A stretch of DNA of 64,000 bases. Origin: Basidiobolus meristosporus CBS 931.73 (lineage: Eukaryota; Fungi; Basidiobolomycota). The position numbers were made by a program, and so were the translations under genes. Positions 54,948-64,000 of the stretch are shown here, in pieces; position 1 is the first letter of the stretch; each line of letters starts with the position of its first letter. Under the pieces are notes generated by a model that was given only the letters and a program-made list of their open reading frames with translations, did not search any database and was not told the DNA's origin. The DNA lies in NCBI GenBank assembly GCA_002104905.1, contig MCFE01000008.1, positions 202,173-266,172 of the forward strand, read 5' to 3'.

Positions 54948-55570
54948 ATGTTTAGTACGTGAACATTCTGAGCAACCTCCAAACACTCCTCTAAACTTTG
55001 CCATTTCGATATAAACAATAAACATACTTGTTCGTGTGACTGGTGATCAGTCGAATGTGATATGAGCTAATAGCTTCGGTAGCGATCATCTCCAGTGGCT
55101 AAATTCACGCAAAGCAAGATCTTGTATCACCTAGGGAAATCAATTGTATTTCAGTTAGATTACGCTCGTTACCTCGCAACAAAGTACACCATGACAGATT
55201 CTTTATGTATGAGTGCTTGTTTAGGAGAAGCATGCAAAGCACCACCAAATATTCCTCAATCAGCATTCAGCTGCATTTGGGTTGCAGTTGATTCAATCAT
55301 CAGCTCGTGATGAACTTGGAAAATGAACCTTATAAGTTTCTAATGCTAGTCTGTGCCTAATACTAGCTCTACCTCCAGGATTGGGGGGGGCTGCTTTCCA
55401 AATCGGCTTCTTTTTTGACTGCTGGATATCAACAAAATATTTCTACTTACAGGCAGATCACAATGTGGTGCTAGTAAGCAATCATTCACATGGAGTATTT
55501 GCTTGGCGTTGAAGAGTATGATTTATTGATGGTTATTAAATTATGTATATGAATATAAATTGGTTTGGGT

Positions 55571-56066
55571 TTAATAATTAATTGTGATTTTCTTGACCTG
55601 GGTTGGCTCAGAAACTGGCTTGGGTATATCGATGATCAAGACACCATTTTTGTAGTTTGCCTTGATACCTTCAACATCAATATGTCCTGGGAACTTGATC
55701 CTTCTTTCGAAGCTAGTGAATATGCGCTCTTTGGTCCAGTACTTGTTATCCTCGACAGGGATGACGCTTTGTGCACCCTCATTTTTGCCCTCCGAGCTGA
55801 CTTCTTCGGTTTCGCCTTCAAGATCAACGTGTCATCGCTGTCAAACTCAATGTCGATCTTGCGTTTAGGAAATCCGGGTAGTTGAGCTTCCACAACGTAT
55901 CCAGAGTGGTTTCGGTAAGGTCAATCGCGGGAGAGAAGGCGGTCTGAATTGCTCGGAAAAAGGAGCAAACGCAGCCCGATTGCGAGTGGCAGGGGCCAAA
56001 GACTCTTGCATCATCTCATGTATAACTTGGAGTTGTATACGATCCGAAAGGATTGCCTTCAAACAT
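55571..56066 (-). CDS. Small heat-shock protein (Hsp20) copy A, broken by about four 1-bp deletions (assembly error or young pseudogene)
   Basis: Frames stitch to FSPAIDLTET/SGYVVEAQLPGFPKRKIDIEF..LILK/GETEE..YWTKERIFTSFERRIKFPGHIDVEGIKANYKNGVLIIDIPK..KITINY*. No substitution stops seen in the alpha-crystallin part. Confidence 0.85.
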
Positions 56067-56108
56067 CGTCACTTAAGGATTTTCATAGCTGCGATTGTGA
56101 CTTGATAT

Positions 56109-56126
56109 TTCTCGTATATTCTCGAA
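56109..56126. promoter_or_regulatory. Heat-shock element, four alternating nGAAn units with one mismatch
   Basis: TTCtcGTAtaTTCtcGAA about 45 bp upstream of Hsp20 copy A. Confidence 0.6.
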
Positions 56127-56208
56127 AAGTCAACAATGTTACTAAACTTAAAATTGTATTGATTCCATTGTGAGATATACTGATCCTGAAACTCACCGCA
56201 ATTAGATT

Positions 56209-56221
56209 TTCCAGAAACTTC
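56209..56221. promoter_or_regulatory. Perfect three-unit heat-shock element
   Basis: TTCcaGAAacTTC between the divergent Hsp20 copies. Confidence 0.7.
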
Positions 56222-56468
56222 AAGTTGGATTGGTAATGTATGTGACTTGTGGCATTCACGAGTGGCTCATTGGATAAATATTGCTATATGATATGAGAGC
56301 CTGATGGAAGTTATAAGGTGGTTTACATAAAAAAGTAAAAAGACTCAACAAAAGTCTCGACCAAAACGAACGTGCTTCCCGAGCTTCGTCAAGTTCTTGC
56401 AATGATAGGAGAGCCTTTAGCCATTGCAAACATGTGTCTCTCTTTCTGAGGCTTTGACTTTCGCCACT

Positions 56469-56841
56469 TCACCAGCCATCGACCACCCTGAAGCCAACAC
56501 TGGGTATGGTTTTGAGGGCAATCTCCCCCGGAATTCCTATGGCTGGGATAGATATTGAGTTTGCAGACAATAAGTTAGTCCTCAAGAGTAGTATTGATTT
56601 GGCTTAAACAGGCCATGATGCTGAGAAGCAGGCAGATAAGAGTGACGAGCATGATGTCGTATTGAGTGAAAACAAAAAGTACTGGTCCCGGGAACGGACA
56701 CCGGCCTATTCGAGAGAAGAGTCCGATTCCCCGGGCGGGTGGATGCAGACAATGCTAAGGCGAGTTACCAAAATGGGGGAGCTCACTATTCGTATCCCCA
56801 AACAAGAAAGCGAACAAACCCGACAAATTAGTGTTAATTAG
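56469..56841 (+). pseudogene. Hsp20 copy B pseudogene, absent from the ORF track; 5' end uncertain (possibly about 56402)
   Basis: SPAIDHPEANTGYGFEGNLP/GIPMAGIDIEFADNKLVLK..*(TAA 56605-56607)..KYWSRERT/GLFERRVRFPGRVDADNAKASYQNG/ELTIRIPK..QISVN*. Contains three frameshifts and an in-frame stop. Confidence 0.85.
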
Positions 56842-57340
56842 ATCAATACACTGAATGTTGAAACCTATTTCTATATACATGTATATATATGCCGGCTTTA
56901 TCTCTCTATTAGAGAACTGATGTCATGAACCCTGAGTTATGCTTCCTAATCCAAACTTAGAGTAATTAAACTTTGCGTACATTGACTTATGTCCACCATA
57001 TAGTTAGTTTTGCTTCAATTTTTATGAGATTCTGCTTGCTCATTATTGCGCGAAGTAAATAAGCAAACTCACACTGACGATAATAATGCTGTGTAATGTA
57101 TTGCTGAATGCATTATTTACTATATTAGAAACAGTCTGCTCTATAACGTACAGTTTCCTATAGGGATAGGTCAATGCTTGCCGGCATCAAAAACAATAAA
57201 TTCAAATCTTGGATGCAATATGCTACCACACCATGACTGACTCTTAGTCAAGTATAATGATGCAGTACATGCACGATAAATAATTGAAACGAATCTGTGC
57301 CATTTTTGGAAGTGGTAGACGATGTAGTTCAAATAATCGA

Positions 57341-57968
57341 GTTAGGGGGGAGACAGTCACCAACAGGTGAAATCTTTATTTCAGTTGAAACAAAGAAGCC
57401 AGTGCTACTGTTGTAGCTTTGATACAAGAGTGCGTAGCTGAGGGGAATTTGTAGGTAAGTTAATAAGAAGTGACGACAGTTCTTCAGTGCTAAAGACACT
57501 GTTCAGTGGGAAGGGGGGTAGCAAGAGGGGTAAGAATGATTTGTGAACAACATTAATGAGGGGAGTATGATAAGGATTGATATTCATCATAAAGGGAGTG
57601 TGCTGCTTCAGATATTGCTGCCAAAGGCCTGTCAAGTACTTCAGGTAGGCCAGCTTGGGTTTTTCTGGCTGCTGAATATATTGAGCAAACTTCTTGACTT
57701 CAGGATCTCCAAGTTTAGTTCTCCAGCAGGAGTCAGGTGTAGTGTGGTGTGTTCTCTTCCAGGCCTTAATCAGTGGGTTGTTGCAGTGGTGAAGTCTGAG
57801 ATATAATCTGGTTCTAAGGTAGAGAAGCCTGATCTTATAGGGCATAAACCCAAAAGCACCAAGAATAGCATGTCTGTAGGGGCATTCAGGCAAATGAGGC
57901 ACCAAGGAGGTAATGCACCATACTGCAAACTTGTCAAGCTTAGTGCAGTCTCTAGAAGTAAGAGAGAG
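57341..57968 (-). mobile_element. Non-LTR retrotransposon copy A, 5'-truncated 628-bp 3' portion
   Basis: Repeats copy B at offset 629 with about 23 substitutions (about 96% identity, counted by eye); ORF still open; 3' end is ..CTGTCTCCCCCCTAAC. Confidence 0.85.
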
Positions 57969-59712
57969 GGTTAGGGGGGAGACAGTCACCAACAGGTGAA
58001 ATCTTTATTTGAGTTGAAACAAAGAAGCCAGCACTACTGTTGTAGCTTTGATACAAGAGTGTGTAGCTGAGGGGAATTTGTAGGTAAGTTAATAAGAAGT
58101 GATGATAGTTCTTCAGTGCTCAAGACACTGTTCAGTGGGAAGGGGGGTAGCAAGAGAGGTAAGAATGACTTGTGAACAACATTAATGAGGGGAATGTGAT
58201 AAGGATTGATATTCATCATAAAGGGAGTGTGCTGCTGCAGATATTGCTGCCAAAGGTCTGTCAAGTACTTCAGGTAGGCCAGCTTGGGTTTTTCTGACTG
58301 CAGAATAAATTCAGCAAACTTCTTGACTTCAGGATCTCCAAGTATAGCTCTCCAGCAGGAGCCAGGTGTTGTGTGGTGTGTTCTCTTCCAGGCCTTAATC
58401 AGTGGGTTGTTGCAGTTGTGAAGTCTGAGATATAATCTGGTTCTAAGGTAGAGAAGTCTGATCTTATAGGGCATAAACCCAAAAGCACCAAGAATAGCAT
58501 GTCTGTAGGGGCATTCAGGCAAATGAGGCACCAAGGAGGTAATGCACCATACTGCAAACTTGTCAAGCTTAGTGCAGTCTCTAGAAGTAAGAGAGAGAAG
58601 TGGTAAGCCAAATTCCAGGACAGGGAAGACAAACTGCTTGAGTAGAAGAAGGCAGCTGGGAGCTGAAGTTGTAGGAGGAGTAACAGTCAGTAGCTTGTGG
58701 AGTGCCTGTCTTGCCAGGATAATTCTCTTCTTCAGGTGTGCTCCAGAGTCTAGTCCAGTAGGAAGGAAAGGAAAGCCAAGATATGTAGCAGAAACCTGAG
58801 CAGGTAGAGTGGAGTTCTCCAAGTTGATGGGAGAGCCCAAAGGTACTGTCTTTGCAATGGAAAGCTGGAGATTATTCTTCTGCAGATACTGGTGGATGGT
58901 CTGGGAGTCTTGTTGCACATTGGAGGAGGATATTCTGATGTCATCAGCAAAGAGAGTAACCAGGCAGTCAGCTGAGAGTCTTGGGAAATCATTCAGGAAG
59001 ATGGCAAACAGTATAGGACTAAGCACAGAGCCTTGAGCCACTCCATTAGGAACTGAGAACACAGCTGATTGCTCACTTGGGTGCAGAATTCTTGCTTGTG
59101 GATCCAGAAACAGAGACCTGACAAGGAGGGTGAGAGAGGTACTGGAGAAGCATTGCAACTTGGACCAAAGCAGATTTCTGTCAACTGAATCAAAGGCCTT
59201 AGTAATATCAAACAGAACTGAGGGATACTTGCACTGGAGAGAGTGATCTTGGCTAAGTATGACTGCATATTCCAAGGAGAGGCCAGGAACAAAGCCAAAC
59301 TGTGCAGGATGAAACTTGAGGGAGTCAGAGTAGAGCTCCTGAGCAAGCAGAAGCTCAAACACCTTTCTGCAGGTGGGCAGCAGAGATATTGGCCTGTAGG
59401 AGCTAGGATCCAGGTGCTTTCCTTTACCCTTGTACAGTGGCAGAACATTTGCAAAGGACCATTCCTCAGGAGTAGAAAGCTGGGCTGAGCATTACTGAAA
59501 CAGTGGAAGCAGAAGTGCAGACATGGCCTTGGTACTAGTCTTCAGAAGTTCATAAGAGATTGTGTCCACACCTGGAGCAGTAGAGTTGGGAAGCCTCTTG
59601 AGCACATTATGGATTCTCCCTTGATCAAGTGCAAGTGGGATGGGCAGAGTCTTGAAGTTGGGTTGAAAGCCAGGAGTTGAGTACTGCTTTGTAGAGAAGA
59701 AGATGTTAGCCA
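57969..59712 (-). mobile_element. Non-LTR (LINE-type) RT element copy B, 5' side ends at a copia LTR; one in-frame TAA at 59492-59494
   Basis: APGVDTISYELLK; SYRPISLL; QFGFVPGLS; FDITKAFDSV; GVAQGSVLSPILF; LFADDI; YLGF. The 3' UTR of about 65 nt has AATAAA and ends CCCCCCTAACC with no poly(A). Confidence 0.9.
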
Positions 59713-60207
59713 TGTTGTAAAAATTTGTAATTCCACCTAAATATTCACCTAACTTGGTCACTTAGATCATTACCTTCAAATCCTAGAGAATACTGACCAA
59801 ATTCCTTGTCGGGATTTACTTAGAATATTTTCACCAAAATACCAGGTAGCCAGAACATGAAAATTCTCAAAGTTGTCCAAACAGCCCCAAACTTTGCACA
59901 CATGTTCTTGGGACCTTCCTTAACCTATTCTACGTGTTTGTTATGCCAAGACTTGTTAAAAGTATAAATACTACTTTTACAATCAATAAATCATCAAGTG
60001 AAAACCACATAATCTACTTGTTCTCCAAATCACTTCCAATATCTCCAAGACTCTTACAACAGGTTATGAGCCCCAAGCTGTCACTCTCTGCAATGTCTAC
60101 TACTGCTATTACTGGAATTTTTCCCTCTGCTGAAAAGTTGGATGGATCTAACTACCAAGTGTGGAAGGTGAAGATGAAGATGCTGCTGCAAGAAAGAGGC
60201 CTTTGGG
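59713..60207 (+). mobile_element. Ty1/copia remnant: 349-bp 5' LTR (59713-60061), PBS (60062-60073) and start of gag
   Basis: Perfect 8-bp terminal inverted repeats TGTTGTAA...TTACAACA; PBS GGTTATGAGCCC of the Drosophila copia type; gag motif EKLDGSNYQVWKVKMKMLLQERGLW. Confidence 0.88.
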
Positions 60208-60442
60208 TGTAGGTGTTATAGTAAGGGCTAGAAAAAGGTTAGAAGAGCAGGGGGTCTGGGGGACGCAGTCCCCTAGAGAATAAAAAAGCAGGGGGTTTGG
60301 GGGATGCAATCCCCCATACTGCTCTTATACTCTTTAAATTCCCGTTGGATTACTTTTCTCTCATTCTTGGTTCTGGTCCCTTAGGGTTAGAATTCCTCCT
60401 CCTAACCCTTATCACCCTAACCATAAATATTTTTACCCTACA
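60208..60442 (+). mobile_element. Second LTR-like segment inserted in the copia gag
   Basis: TGTAGG...CCTACA termini; TGG two bases downstream (PBS-like); gag stops abruptly here; no target-site duplication found. Confidence 0.4.
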
Positions 60443-60850
60443 ATTGGCACATTGTCTGCTCATATGGTGGGCATGTCTGGGCCAATATTTGTCTCCCTAT
60501 ACTGTCCATACACTCTGTATAAGTCTTGATGACTATTTAATTAATAAATTGTTATTTTTAATATATATCTAATAATTAATGGGATTCATCCCAATCTGAC
60601 CACAATCCCATATTTTGATAAGCTTTGGGCACCATAAATTGCGCGGCCCTAATATGATAAAAAAATTCATGGCCAATACAAATTTTCTGTAACCCGATTG
60701 CTTTTACCAAATATAAAGTGTATCCAAAAGTTCAATATATATTATGGCTACAATAGAAACTTTATTTGACACCATCGCAACTACTACTTATGTTCTATGC
60801 GCACATGTATCCCGCGGGAATTGTAAAACTTAGCCACGTGGTACAAAAGT

Positions 60851-61545
60851 GCTTTTATTTTTCATCATGATAGTTTTACATGAGTTCCTAACGCACTTTG
60901 AAAGTACGCAGTAGCCATACCCCAACAGGTTTTAAGGATGTCCACTAGCTACGTCTACTTGTGTCTAGCGGGAGCCATCAATCATCAGCTGCGCAATACT
61001 GAAATGCTTTTATTTTTCATCATGCTAGTTTTGTATGAATCCCTAACGCACTTTCATAGTGCACGGTAACCATACCCCAACAGGTTTTAAGGATACCCAC
61101 TTGCTACGTTTACTTGTGTCTAGCGGGAGTCATCAATCATCAGCCGCGCGGTAATAAAGTGCTTTTATTTTTCATCATGATAGTTTTACATGAGTCCCTA
61201 ACGCACTTTTATAGTGCGCGGTAACCATACCCCAACAGGTTTTAAGGATACCCACTTGCTACGTTTACTTGTGTCTAGCGGGAGTTATCAATCATCAGCC
61301 GCGCGGTAATAAAGTGCTTTTATTTTTCATCATGATAGTTTTACATGAGTCCTTAACGCACTTTCATAGTGCGTGGTAACCATACCCCAACAGGTTTTAA
61401 GGATACCCACTTGCTACGTTTACTTGTGTCTAGCAGGAGTTATCAATCATCAGCCGCGCGGTAATAAAGTGCTTTTATTTTTCATCATGATAGTTTTACA
61501 TGAGTCCCTAACGCACTTTTATAGTGCGCGGTAACCATACCCCCA
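60851..61545. repeat. Subtelomeric 155-bp tandem satellite, about 4.5 good copies with degenerate flanking copies
   Basis: GCTTTTATTTTTCATCATG recurs at 60851, 61006, 61161, 61316 and 61471. Confidence 0.97.
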
Positions 61546-62002
61546 GAAAGTAGTGTGGATGCTTACTTTAAACGCTCACTTGTGTATTGTACGGACTATC
61601 AACAAACAGCCGCGTGGGAATGGAACATCATAGAAAAGCATTGCTTTGTTGTTAGCAAGTATTGATGCGCAAATAGTGGTACTATGTGAATTATTGAGTA
61701 ACTATTTACTCTAGTTGGTTCCAAGATATTCCTAGACAATATGCTCAAAATCAATATTAGCATCAATAGCTTGCTCTTTGATCACTAAACCACCGCACCC
61801 AATATGTGGTGGCCTTGGTTTTGTCTAGCCGTTGAGGAATGAAACCAGAGTACAGTCACAAGAGAGGCAAAAGTGAAATGTGATGAAGTAAGTGTATATG
61901 AAAGTAATATAAATCTACAGGACAGAAGAGAACAACTAGTAGTTAAACAGCACTCACTGACACTCCACCGAGTAGAGCACCAACACGGACAATAAACAAG
62001 TC

Positions 62003-62464
62003 ATGAGGGGAAAGCTTAAGGACCGCTACTTGGGGATCAAGACCAAAAGAGGAAGCTGCCTCTACCATAGCAGTCCTTGCGCTCCAAAGGAAGACCAAGA
62101 GTCTATTATAGACAAAGATTGCGGCAAGAAGAGCAGTACAATTACCAGTTCTGGTAGTGGTACCTTTGGAAGTCCCGAATACCTGGAGAATACTCGGAAA
62201 AAATTGGCAGATGACTCAGTTGTCCTGAGGAGAAAACGAACCAATGCAATTGAGCAGTTCCGAAACAAACTTCAGCTTAGTTCTTCTTTGCCTCACTATA
62301 AAGTACTCCAAGTGGCTTATTTTGATTATAAGCGTATGAAGGAGAATCAGGCAGAGACTGATAAATTAAGTGATAGTCAATTGCATCACTTCTTAGATCA
62401 GGTAGAGAAACAGTTGCACAGCCAAGAGACGGAACAAGAATTGACAATTACAGAAACCAAATAA
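62003..62464 (+). CDS. Hypothetical subtelomeric protein, 153 aa
   Basis: Intact ATG-to-TAA ORF followed by an AATAAA-rich region; weak HLH-like pattern only. Confidence 0.4.
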   Translation: MRGKLKDRYLGIKTKRGSCLYHSSPCAPKEDQESIIDKDCGKKSSTITSSGSGTFGSPEYLENTRKKLADDSVVLRRKRTNAIEQFRNKLQLSSSLPHYKVLQVAYFDYKRMKENQAETDKLSDSQLHHFLDQVEKQLHSQETEQELTITETK

Positions 62465-62696
62465 TTTTGCCAATGTAGTTTTGCATTTTAATAAAATAAA
62501 AGGGTGTTAATAAGAACAGAATAAAGTTAACTTATGTGTACATCAAATGATTCAAATACTGGCTAGATGGATGTTACTTAGGAGCAAGAAGCTCAGTAAC
62601 CTCAAAGGAAAGATATGATGAATGGGCCACCGACATCATCCGAATGAGTATAAAAGTGGAGAAAGGAGACATAATCCTTCATAAAAAACAAGAAGC

Positions 62697-63458
62697 ATGG
62701 AAGCAGGCAGTAGCCGGGTAGATGCCAGGAGTGAAGGTAGAGTACAAAGAGAGCGAGGAAGGGGACAAGGACGCGGAAGAGGAAGAGGGCAAGGAAGTGG
62801 CCAAATCCAAGAGGAGCGTGAAGGAGGTGTTGCAGCAAACGTGGATGATGCTGAGCAAGTTGCTGTAGTCACTACCAGGCGGCCAGTCAACCAAGTTTCC
62901 CAAGCATTGTCAGAGGTTTGACAAGAGCTTCCGGAATATAGGACAACATCGCACCATGAGATATTGCAACGTATGTGCCAGGAGATTAAACAGAGGAGGG
63001 GTGATATTGTAAAGCTAAATCGGGATATTGCTGGACTTCAAGCCCAGATTGATTTCAGTTTCCACCATTCTACTGAGGCATTAGTGGCACAAATGGTGGA
63101 AAAGTTTGCCCGCATCAGGGCAAGCGATGAGCAGGATGCATCTTCTGACCCAGGTGTACTTGCGAGCGACAGTATTGGAGGGGATACTACTTCCTCCCTC
63201 GAACCTACCACAAGCCAAGAGACAAGAGCAGAATCCTCCACAACAATGAGAATGGCCCCCACGCAGGTTGATATGGAAGTGTGCGAGGAAGACGTGGAGA
63301 AGCAGAGTGGGGATACTATAGGCCAACCAGAAACTGTAATGGAGGCGGAGAGACCAAGTCATATTGTCATCTTAAAAATACCACAGGTTGATTCATCGCT
63401 ATCACTTCCCCCATCATCACTATCTGTGCCCCCATCACCACCGCCATCCTCTGGCTAA
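62697..63458 (+). pseudogene. Telomere-proximal reading frame of about 253 codons with one in-frame TGA (62919-62921)
   Basis: ORFs 62697-62921 and 62964-63458 share a frame; RG-rich tract, helical segment and acidic/Pro-Ser tail. Confidence 0.4.
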
Positions 63459-63772
63459 CTTGAGTAAATAAAGAATTTCCACCATCCCAAATCAGTGAAT
63501 TGACAAGTAATAAGTTGAACTGATAAGATTGACGATTTACAGACTAATATATGTAAAGTATGTAGTACTTAAGAGCTTTCAAGTTGTGGTGTATTATCAA
63601 GTATTCACCGTCACATAAATCATGCAGCAGTTGTTGTATCCCTATCCCAATGGCATTAGAAGCCAGCAGTTACAAGGAGCATCGGAAAAATTTTGGCGTT
63701 TACCTGGCGACGGTGGCAGGTGTAACAAAACGCAGCTATTGCTCGATGACCATTACCCCGTCTATGAGATAC

Positions 63773-64000
63773 TTAGGGTTAGGGTTAGGGTTAGGGTTAG
63801 GGTTAGGGTTAGGGTTAGGGTTAGGGTTAGGGTTAGGGTTAGGGTTAGGGTTAGGGTTAGGGTTAGGGTTAGGGTTAGGGTTAGGGTTAGGGTTAGGGTT
63901 AGGGTTAGGGTTAGGGTTAGGGTTAGGGTTAGGGTTAGGGTTAGGGTTAGGGTTAGGGTTAGGGTTAGGGTTAGGGTTAGGGTTAGGGTTAGGGTTAGGG
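63773..64000 (+). repeat. Telomere, (TTAGGG)38 running to the window end
   Basis: 228 bp of uninterrupted TTAGGG. Confidence 0.99.

Noticed and set aside
58034-59362. Telomerase RT, Penelope-like RT or group II intron RT identity
   Set aside because: The motifs (KAFDSV, GVAQGSVLSP, LFADD, YLG) are non-LTR type; no T motif, PLE signature or intron RNA domains were seen.
59492-59494. Programmed readthrough or alternative genetic code at in-frame stops (also 56605 and 62919)
   Set aside because: Housekeeping genes use TAA, TAG and TGA as normal stops; single C-to-T changes in decaying loci are the simpler explanation.
63700-63730. CCTG...CAGG hairpin near the telomere as a Helitron 3' end
   Set aside because: The stem is weak and there is no CTRR terminus.

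Overview
Gene-dense, intron-rich fungal chromosome arm ending in a (TTAGGG)38 telomere. The gene set (XPO7, ARL8, JTB-like, PSMG1-like) suggests an early-diverging, non-Dikarya fungus; this is inference and no species is assigned. Positions 1-46.2 kb hold housekeeping genes: a DysF-FYVE-RING protein, AP-1 gamma, DNM1, a PX-BAR nexin, STT3, vezatin-like, ADI1, COX15, a MIT protein, an APSES factor, OTC, RPL21/RPS9, CBF5, SSS1, NOG1, ARL8, JTB-like, PSMG1-like and XPO7. Positions 49-56.8 kb form a subtelomeric stress block: a 4CL-like ligase, a rhodanese, a modular metallothionein and a head-to-head Hsp20 gene/pseudogene pair around heat-shock elements. Positions 57.3-64 kb are subtelomere: two head-to-tail copies of a CpG-free LINE-type RT element, a copia LTR/PBS/gag stub, a second LTR-like segment, a 155-bp satellite, two orphan ORFs and the telomere. 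The top candidate for an undescribed system is the RT element. Both copies end in the telomere complement CCCCCCTAAC instead of poly(A) and have their 5' ends toward the chromosome tip. All coordinates, alignments and counts were made by eye; splice sites are predictions.
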